This document shows, piece after piece, positions 41,001 to 50,727 of a stretch of 64,000 nt of DNA. The translations under genes and the position numbers were made by a program. The notes beneath the pieces are model-generated. The model was not told the origin of the DNA. It made no database searches and worked only from the letters and a program-made list of their open reading frames with translations. Within the stretch, counting starts at the first letter, position 1; each line of letters starts with the position of its first letter. Source of the DNA: Yuukianura sp. NJ FZ-2021 (Eukaryota); NCBI GenBank assembly GCA_046563655.1, contig CM102285.1:13268001-13332000 (forward strand), in the 5' to 3' direction.

Positions 41001-41078
41001 TGAAAATCTACAACTTCAAATTTTACGTCCAAAACTTTCGAAAATTCTTAAAGTTATTAATATAATATTATTTATTAA

Positions 41079-42146
41079 TTAATATTAATTACCTCATATC
41101 TATCCGCAAGGAAGCAATTCGTCTCATTGGGCGGAGAAAGATCGACAAACATCGAAACGAAAAGAGGAACTCCACAAGGCGGAATACTTTCACCTCTCCT
41201 TTTCACCATCATGGTGAACGATCTTCTCTTGCAATTCCAACAATTTAGCAAGAATCTCCTCATCATGTTCGCTGATGACAACACTATGGTGGTTACTGGA
41301 GACCCCAATACCCTTCAACAATTTAAACAAGAAGTTGAGAAAAGTGTAGAGTTTGTTGCTAAGTGGATGAGTGAAAATCAGTTGAACATAAACCCAAGGA
41401 AAAGTGCAATTTTATTATGCGCAAAACCCAGTATTTTAAAAAGTGCCGGAGAAATGGACTTTCTAATTTGCGGAGAAAGTATAAAATCAAGTAACCAAAT
41501 CACCAGTTTAGGACTAATTATTGACAATTCAATGAAATGGGACGCTCACATCACTTCCACTTCTAAGAAAGCACTTAGTCTCATCGCGTCACTCTATCCT
41601 CTACAAAGATTTCTTAAAACGAAAAACCGGAAAACTGTGATGGAAGCTTATGTTCTCTCTAAAGTTACATACATGTGCGAGATCTGGGGAAAAGCGAACA
41701 AGCGACACCTTAAAACTATGGAAAAGGTTATTCGCTCTGCGGGAAGATTTGTACTGAACGTGAAGAAATATGATCCAGTGAAAGCGAAGATTACGTCCGA
41801 ATTGAACTGGCTCTTTCCCAAACACCTAGCTGATTTCCGTACCACATGCATAGTCTCGACTATCGTTTTAGAAAACTGCCCAAACTACTTTAAAAATTAC
41901 TTCAGTGAAGTCCAGTCAACTCAATCAAGCACAACAACTAGAAAAAAAACTCACGTCGCAAACTTAAACCGAAAAATTCATCCTCAATCCTTCAAAGCAA
42001 GTGGTTTCCGTAAGTGGATGGAAACGAAAGAAGATGTCCGACGTCTTACCAATCTGACGGCAATAAAGATGAAACTTAAGGACCATTTTATCAACGCGCA
42101 ACACAAAGAACTCGAACGCCTAACTGATGCAGATGAAGAAGACTAA
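41079..42146 (+). CDS. LINE ORF2 fragment: reverse transcriptase domains 4-7 and C-terminal region (no start codon, N-terminus missing)
   Basis: SYLSARKQFV, GTPQGGILSPLLF..MVNDL, MFADD, WMSENQLNINPRKS, SLGLIIDNSMKWDAHI. About 355 codons with no internal stop. Confidence 0.9.
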   Translation, partial: LILITSYLSARKQFVSLGGERSTNIETKRGTPQGGILSPLLFTIMVNDLLLQFQQFSKNLLIMFADDNTMVVTGDPNTLQQFKQEVEKSVEFVAKWMSENQLNINPRKSAILLCAKPSILKSAGEMDFLICGESIKSSNQITSLGLIIDNSMKWDAHITSTSKKALSLIASLYPLQRFLKTKNRKTVMEAYVLSKVTYMCEIWGKANKRHLKTMEKVIRSAGRFVLNVKKYDPVKAKITSELNWLFPKHLADFRTTCIVSTIVLENCPNYFKNYFSEVQSTQSSTTTRKKTHVANLNRKIHPQSFKASGFRKWMETKEDVRRLTNLTAIKMKLKDHFINAQHKELERLTDADEED

Positions 42147-42317
42147 AAAAAAAAAAAAATTTGAACATACATATTAATAATACGCAATATACTTTAGCAA
42201 GCAAATATTCTAAAAAAAACTATAATTAAGTCACCCTAACTGCTAAATTTTAAATTTTAAAACATTTTAGAACAATTTCAAAAATAATACATATTAGAAA
42301 CGCCACTTCTCAAAGAA

Positions 42318-42353
42318 AATAATAATAATAATAATAGTAATAATAATAATAAT
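42318..42353. repeat. (TAA)n microsatellite within the LINE 3'UTR
   Basis: About 12 units with one interruption. Confidence 0.9.
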
Positions 42354-45300
42354 ACTGGTAAACATACAACTTTCTAATTTACAGCCGCTGCATGTATACT
42401 AACTTACTACTTATTCTGAAAAGCCTGCCAGAAACAGGAGAATAAATGAAATGAAATGAAAAATGAAAATTAAAACAAGACGCTTCCGAGTGAAATTCTA
42501 CTTTCACTTGGAAATCCTTCGGATCTTCCTTTTAAGAACAAAAATAGTATTTTGAAAATAAAGAAAATAATTTTGAAAATGAATTTTCTGTTCAAAATTT
42601 CTTTCACGTTGATAATGGTTATGGATGAAACCGGAAAAAATGCTGGAGTCCAAAGTTTGTTAAAAAAAAGAAGAAGCGATGTTTTCAAAGAACAAAAATC
42701 AAAATTCAGATTTCAGAATGAATGAAAATTTTGATGAATGTGGAAATTTTTAAATAATAAGTTTGATTTAGCGTGAGAAAATTTCGGCGTGGGATTGAAA
42801 ATTTTGACTTTTGGATTTTTAGAGTATGTCACGGGAAAGCAGTTTCAAAAAAAATATACGAACAAGATTTTGGTTCTGAGCATTAGGCTCTTCTGCTGGA
42901 ATTTTTTGAAACACTGGAACTAAATTTTTGATTCAAAGGTTCAGCCTGGATTTTAATAAATGTTTTAAAAATTGTCCTGCTTAAAAAATGTGGGCGGTGT
43001 AAGAATTTGTTTTAAAAAATTCCTTTTCTCTTGGTCCAACTGTTGAAGTGAGATTTTCAGCTTGTCCTTCTGCTTCATTCTTTGTCGCTGAAATGCTTTT
43101 AGCACAGAGAAACATCTGCCCTTGTAATTACGAACCACTGATGAGTGGATACTCGTTCTCTATTCAAAGCTTCATTTTTTTTTAAATTTAGTAAAGGATT
43201 GATTTTTAAATTAGTTTTTAAAAATTGAAACTCTGAATAAAAACAAAGACTAAACTTAAGCCCTTCCTCTTCAAAAATCGGAATGAGAACTTCGGTTTTC
43301 AAAAAATCCGAGACTCCCGTGGCCTACTTAAGCCTTTCTCTGGAACCGGTTTTTTGAAACAAGCGTTTTCAAAACAGAAGGCAGCGACATTTTTTAGTTA
43401 AGCGACCCGATTCGTCATTGCATTTGGAACAAAAAAAAACTCCTTTTTGAACCGACCGAATTTGGAAAGTAACCCTGAGAAAATAATTTGAAGCAACAAC
43501 GGAGAACTTTGAAGTGGAGTTTAATAGTTCACTAGAAAGCTAAAATTTTGTTTCAAAGTAAAATTAAGGAGCAATTTTCTCCAAAAAAGCAATTTAAATC
43601 AAGCGAATCGAACTGAGAAAAACATGATTTGGGGAAGTAAACAGTCTTTTGCTGCTGTCTTTGAATTAATGGTAATTTATTTATTTATTCTCCAATTTTC
43701 TTTGGCAAAATTATACACCTAAACTCTACGGACCCATTTTGACAAGAAAAACAAAAATTCTCATCAAATTCCCAAAATTTCGGAAGAAAGAAGGTCAAAT
43801 TCAAAAACTCGCTAGGAAATTATGAAAATTGTAACTTTTTATGTAATTGCAAAAAGTTAGCCAGTTTTGAAAGTTGATTACTAAATTATTTTGAACATGA
43901 AATTGGCAAGGCGTATGCTGTAACTTTGTAATAAGTTAACCAAACTGAAATTTAAGGTGAATTATGTTGAATTACATTAATCATGGAAACATTTAACCTA
44001 ACTTAAGTTAAAACAAAGCAAATAAACTTTTCACTTATCATCCGTACCACATTTCTCCAAAAATTTGAAATGCCGTAGTTTGTATTCTGGCCAGTTCCGC
44101 TTCCAGTTTCGCTTGTGAAGAATTTCGATTTGAATTTTTGAAAGTTAATTTTAGTACATTTTTCGATTTTATTTTACATTTTACAATTCTGTATTAGTGT
44201 CTTTAATTTCAATGCTTCGAACTTTTGAATTTCTTAAATTTTGATTCAGATTTTTTTTTTTTTTGAAAATTTCATTTTTATAAAGGAGAGTAATTTTTTT
44301 TTCAAAATTAAGAACAATATGGATGTGATTTGGGCGTGGCCTGGCTTAAGAAATGAAGAAGAAGCTGGGTATGATGAGTTTCGTTTGTCTAAGGGCCCTT
44401 TGCTCAGCAGGCGGGGTACTTAACCTGCTTAATTGATCTTCGTAAGCCATAATTCATCCTGCTCATCAACTGGAACTGCGTGACCTGAGAGTAGGGATTC
44501 AGTGACACGAGGTCACCCCTTAATCAACATGGGCCATTGGAATTAATTTCTATGGATCTTCTTATTAACATCTCAGCAGCATCCGAAAGATGAAGCATCA
44601 AGGAGCCAAAACAGCAGGAGACTCCAAGAAGAGATGAATAATTGAAAGCCTTTTAGACAAGCACGTGGAAACACTTGAACCTAAAATTAAAATCATTTTC
44701 AACTTTCCTTATAAAGGCTTTGGTATTTTTCATAATACGAAAATAATTACGAATTGTTTAAAATTTTCTTGAAATTTGAACGTTAATAGAGCAGAAATCA
44801 TGAAAAGTGAAAGCGTGTGTTAAAAATCCAATGCATTTGAATCGCGTTCTAGCAAAAGTTTTTGTTGAGGAATTACAAAATTTAGAATTTATTTTGGTAT
44901 ACTTTCTCCTAATGTTACTTTCACCTGAAACAAAAATTTCTTTTTCGTGTGCAGTTTTTGAATGATTTTGTGGTGGAGGGAGTAACTATTTAAAAAAAAA
45001 GCGCAGAGTGAAAGTGGGAATGAGTCGTGGGCACACTTAAGCTGCTGAAGGCTGAAGATGACCAGTCTAATCCAATCAACCTAATTGAGCCAAGGAGCTA
45101 ATAACTGCATTACCAAAATCACGACGTTTGTTCAGCTCAAATCCTGTCAACAAGCCAAAATCCTACACAAATCCACTTCTTTTAGTCTCCTTCAATTTCA
45201 TCTAATTTTTTATATTTATAGAAGAAATGTATTAGAAAAGTAAGAGGTTAGTGTTTCGTAGGCTCTGAGCCAAGAACCACGCCTTTCTCCCATAAGAAAA

Positions 45301-48300
45301 GGGAAACAAGAGAAGTTAGTTTGTGGTGATTATAAGGGATGAAGCAGAGCTTTCTCGGAAGGAACAACTGAATCTCCTTTTCCCTTGGACTTACGTTACA
45401 AACTAATCCTTAAAAAATTATGACAGTCTACTTTATATCAATTTAGTTGTCAAGCCTAATGGAGACTTAGTACACACAGTCCAATCAAACTCAATCCGAT
45501 TAATTCTCCTACAAAATGAAACACTTTCCTTACGACGGAGACAAAAGAGACGCTGGGAGATGCCAAGAAAAATTCAAAAAGAAGGGAAAGTCTCTCCTCA
45601 TAAGCCTTATTTTTCTCCCTCCATTTTTTTAAAATTTAGAACAAGGACACAAAGATTTTTTGAATATTTAATTTTGACTTTTGTTGTCCAAGGGGAGACA
45701 AATAGTCTATGCACAGGGAGTGTCCCTAGGTGGGGTCAGCCCAAGTACACTTTAAGGGGTTCCTCATGCAGCCCTTGGCCTAAACTGGCCCTCCTGGAGG
45801 AAAATTAATGAATTCTAACACTTAGGCTCTTCTCTCTGGAATGTGCTTAATTCAAGGTGTGGAACCTGACAGGTCATTCTTAATCCAATCTATTACCTTA
45901 AAGGGCTCAGAGATTTCGAAGATCAAATCACAATTTTCCAGCATCTCAAGTTCACTAGCAATGTCATTTTAATATTACAAGAATTTAGACTAATGTTATT
46001 TTCCCAGAATTGCTCTTATATTTAGTTATGTTAGTTCAACCAATTTCAGTTGTGAAAATACTCACTTTTTTGAAGTATTTCAAAACAGACAGTCAAAAAC
46101 TTCTAAATTTCTTGGAAATAGTTAGAGGTAAAACAACTCAAAGTTGTCTCAAATATTGCAACGGAACATGAGTAGTGGAGAAAGTTTTAATGTATAACTT
46201 ATATTTAATTTTTATTTAATAAAATTGTGTATAAATTAAATTATGATTAAAAACATTTTTAAAGAAATTGTAATTGTGTTTTGTTTTCGTACAAGAATCT
46301 TGGAGCGGAGAGAGGCCCCTGCTGGTTGGAAAAGAAACAAAAGAATTTCAAATCGACGATTTAAAAACACCTTTTTTGAAAATGTTGAGCGTGCCATACT
46401 GTGAATTTGTAAATTAATGTTAATCGTTGCCCTCTCTCCCCAAGAACTGATTTATAGGCAATGTACACTATGATCCAAAATGAAATATTTGAGCAATAAT
46501 AAGGGGGATAATGATGATGACTTAATCTGGGATTAATAACACACCAGAGATCATATTGCTCAGTGGGAACATAATTAGTAACTAAGGTTGATTTGCACCT
46601 TACAGGAATAAGGTACCAGTGAAAGTGAATTTATGATAGCAAATGACTTAATCGTGCCCAAAAGTTAATAAAGTTTCGCACTTGTACTTCGTCGTAATCA
46701 ATCTTCTGTAATTTCAATCTTTTCAAATCGTGCTTTGCTACATGTGTCTCTACAAATTGTGTCGAATTTTATGGGTTGATTGACCTCATGTAATACGGAG
46801 CCTTGATGTGTAATTCCTCCTCCTTAATTTACAGAGGAGGAGCTCCTGCAATGATTTCAAAACAAAATATATATAATAATAAATGTATTAATACAAATAA
46901 AAGCTGAACTGAATGAATTGTTCACGTTAGTATGTGGCATTCTTTCAAAAACCTTTGTGCATATGAACTGCATGGTTTTTTGTTGGGCAAATCCATCATC
47001 GCCGTTGGAGAGATGAAATGATGCACCCAATGGAGACAATGCATAAAGTCAACTTTTCTAGAGTCACGATTTCTTTAATTTTAAAACTAAATTAAGTTTA
47101 ATGAACCGCTAAGTGTTGGATTTTAGTTATGCTTAAACTTTAACGGCACATACTAACCATTTGTGTTTCAATTAGTCTGCGGTGACTGATGAAGATGAAT
47201 CATGAGCTCCATGTCACATCTTTTCAAACGTGTCTCGTTGTTCAAAATTTCGTGACGAGCCCGCCTAGGTCTAATTGTGACGAAAATCACTCGTTTGATC
47301 TATCCATTATGATTTTTTGAGCTTTTAAAAAAAGTTTAACCAAAAGCTCAAGCGAATTCAGGATGTTAATTTTTTAAGTTTTTCAAAACATGCTGGAATT
47401 TTGTTCGCTAAAGATTGGATTAGCGCAGAGAAAAGACTGCAGAAGAAAGCTGTTCGTTGCTTTGTTACGGTTTGCTTATTTTCATTTTGGGATGAAAGGA
47501 AATGAAGATTTTGCATTTGAGAGAGAAAGTTGCTTTTGATGTGAGCCCAATTAACCAAAAGAAAGGCAGAAAAAAAGTAGGAAGAAGATCGATTTTCAAA
47601 TCAAATCAGAAATGAATTCACTTTCTCCTTCCAAGGAAGTTCCGCTTTCTTCTGAAGCAAAACAACGCCCAAAATTTGCTTGTGGAAAAGAAAGCAGTAG
47701 AAGAGTCATTTACAATTAACATGTGGAAGAAAAAAGGAAAAATCTAAAGGTTTGCCTGAGCGTCCAGGAAAGTAATCAATGCCAATGGAGAAACAACTTT
47801 CTCTTTTGCCTTGGAAATGATCATCATCAAGTCAAAGGAAGAAGAAAAAAGTTGGAAGAAAAGAACGTTGGCCATTATCCTTTACTTTCGCATTAAATTA
47901 CAGAGTTAGTGCAAGAATCCCTCCGAAGGAGAAACTCAATTAATCAAACATGAAATGGATAAATTTTCCTTAAAAAAAATCAATTGGTTTTCGTTTTTTC
48001 AAAAGGACTAATCCAATTGGTAATACAAAGAGCAGGGAGAGTTGAAAGTGCTTTCTTGTTCCTTGGGATATTTGATATTCATTTACTAATTGAGAGAAAG
48101 TTGTTCAAATGGAGGAGAAAGTCCAGGAACTTGCACAATGCCTTTTCATTTCAACATGGTTGACTGGAGTGATGCCTATTAGGCAAATGAGAAATTTCAC
48201 ATTAACATTTCACTTTCTCCTCTAAGTTGGAGATTAGGTTGTTAGCCTAATCCAACCTAACCTTTAGGAACCTTTAGATTAGGTTGGCGCAAGGTTGGAC

Positions 48301-48929
48301 GAAGTAGAGCTACTAATTAAGCCTGAACTTTCCAAGTTCGCAGACTCGCTGTTCTGCGAGAAAGAGAAAGTCATTTGATTCGCGTTATTAATCAGGAGGC
48401 GGGAAATTCTAGTTCTAATTACTCCCTCCACTTTCTTCTGTTTTTATGCAAACAGGAGGCGGAGAAAGCCGTCATGTGCAGCCCAATCGCCAGTGAAGAA
48501 AGTTTGCAAAAAAAGGCATGAAATTTTTTGGAAAGTCAATAAGTTACTCACAAAAATCGAATGGACTCACAACTTTAATGTTGAAAGCAGTGAAAGTTAT
48601 ACATTCTTTTGTATGTCACAATTAAAAATCTTGTTAATTATCTTAATTAAGATTAATTATAAGTTAACAGTATAAAAAGAATAATTTTTATAATAGAATA
48701 ATAAATTTTATAACAATTTTATATTCTTTATGTATTTTAAAAATGACTAGAGGTTGCGACTCACGATGATTGGGATAGAAATAAATACAGTTGAGGCAAG
48801 AAGGGGGTCAGTTGACCTTGACCTTGACGTTGACCTTGTATCTGGGGAAGGAACTGACTGTAGAAAGGGAGGCAGCGCAAGGTCAACCGTTGCGTTGTTG
48901 TGTTGTTGCTCTTGCGCAGAACCCACTCG

Positions 48930-50552
48930 TCACAATTCTGTTCCAGCAGCAGTACTTACGCAGTTGCATCGCGTATGATTCGTAAATCGAAAGTGTTCAA
49001 ACGAATGGTGACTTCGCATAACGTCAATACGTTGAAAAACGAGTGAAACTGACTCCGTTTCTATTGGCTGACAAGTAAATCTGGGATGATTTGCACAACA
49101 ACCTATTTGAACAGCAAAAATTTCAAAAATTAAGACAATTCGAAATCTCTAAAAACTTCATGTATTTTTCAAAAATTTGAAAATGAGGAAGCCAAAGCTG
49201 TAATTTTTAATTGTAGACAGACGTGACAAGTTTTTGTGAGGCACGAGCGCGACTGAGTCGCGAAATCAAGACACGTTTTGGCAATAGGGAAACCGGATTG
49301 GTTTAAAGTTAAAGAATTTTAATTTATAAGTGAGTTAGTTTGTTCAAAGTTTAATTGTGATTATATGGGCAAGTAAAAGGAACAGGTTGTTCAACTAGCT
49401 TGGAATGATTGATTGACCTTGCATTTAAAGTTGGATTAAAGTTCTCAGAATTTTGAACACAATCAAAACAACGAGTTTTTTTCTTTTGCAAAGACGAAAT
49501 ATGAAATTCTGTTGAAATCATTTACATAATAATAACATCTTTTTTCTCACTTCTTTTAGAAAGCAATTTGAGCAAGTTTGGCTTCTTTGTACTGTGGGAA
49601 AAGATTGCAAATTTTTTGCACTCAAAAAAGTTGTGCAAAATTTATGTGCCACGTGGTTTGCAAAAATCGCGTAGATCTTTAAACTTCAAATCTACGTGTG
49701 GTACGGGATTCCCTCAATGGCCTGAGCTTCCTTGTGTTCAACCTCATAAACAACACGTCAACGCCAACCTTGTACAAATTTTTAACTTAATGCTCAGGTA
49801 GGGTAATAACTAACCTGTTAATTACAGATTAACTAATTAAGTGACTTTGGTAACTCACCTGTACTTTGATCACAACGATGCAGCACGGCCACAACTGGTA
49901 TCCAAACTATGTTCGGCTCAGTTACGAAACCATTGTTATTAGTAGGATCGTCAAGGTAAACTAATCGAGGTTTTGGAACATCACAGGTCCAATTGCTTAG
50001 TTGTTGTACCTGTTAATTACAAAAAGTTAATTAAAACATGAATTAATTCAAGTAACCTTGAGTGACCTGGATAAAAATTGCTGGAAAGCAGGTTGTGTCA
50101 ATTAAAAAATTAAGCATATCTGTGGAATTTTGCAAAAAGTATTTAAAATTTCAAGTTTTCGACAAAATTGCAAATTTTGTGCACAACTGATTTCTTGAAG
50201 TACCGGTACCACTTAAGGTACCACGAGGTACTTAGCGTGACTTTTACAAAAAATTTGGGAAATTGTGCAACCCGGAACTCTGTTCAAGGTTAAAATTTTT
50301 GAATTGTGATTTTCGATTTTTGCACAAATCGTTTCTATCAGAAACTTTCTCCAAAGAAATATTTGACTCGTCAGATTTGACGCAACGTGTAATTTGCGAA
50401 TTATGAAATTTTTGTCACGTGATGTCACTTACCCTCCGATTGAATTCTTGTTGGAGCGCATGATTCGACGCATGTCGTACTCGGTTAGGCTGAACAATGT
50501 TTAGAAGTAGAGCAAAAAGTACCAGTGAAAATGAGAACGTCAAAAACTGCAT
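48930..50552 (-). CDS. Secreted PDGF/VEGF-related factor (PVF-like cystine knot), 147 aa
   Basis: Three GT-AG phase-consistent exons. 50433-50552: MQFLTFSFSLVLFALLLNIVQP... (signal peptide). 49859-50009: VQQLSNWTCDVPKPRLVYLD...WIPVVAVLHRCDQST. 48930-49102: GCCANHPRFTCQPIETESVSLVF...FTNHTRCNCVSTAAGTEL*. The pattern C..P.PR / P....LHRC....GCC / C.P / NHT.C.C is the PDGF/VEGF signature. Confidence 0.88.
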
Positions 50553-50719
50553 GTTGGCGGTGAAAGTCCTGAGGACTTGACTTTTTTGGCGGCACAAAAT
50601 GGTGGCCTCTGTGCCGGGACTTTTTGAAATCGTCTTTGAACTATCAACTGATCGAGTGAAGAACACTGACAAGTGGTGCACCATGACCAAATAAGTTTCC
50701 AAGTCCAAGTCCTGTCTCC

Positions 50720-50727
50720 TATATATA
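50720..50727 (-). promoter_or_regulatory. Candidate TATA box of the PVF-like gene
   Basis: TATATATAG in a locally GC-richer context, about 170 nt upstream of the signal-peptide ATG. Confidence 0.45.

Larger units (their letters stand above)
41079..42468 (+). mobile_element. 5'-truncated non-LTR retrotransposon (LINE; CR1/L2/Jockey group)
   Basis: Reverse transcriptase C-terminal ORF, then an AT-rich 3'UTR with (TAA)n, a short CCTG-N7-CAGG hairpin, AATAAA (42441) and an (ATGAA)n tail. No clear TSD. Confidence 0.9.

Noticed and set aside
48234..48295. TTAGG/CCTAA words suggesting interstitial telomeric repeat (also ~1117, ~12920, ~35610, ~39522)
   Set aside because: Scattered, mixed orientation and at most about two tandem units; not a telomeric array.
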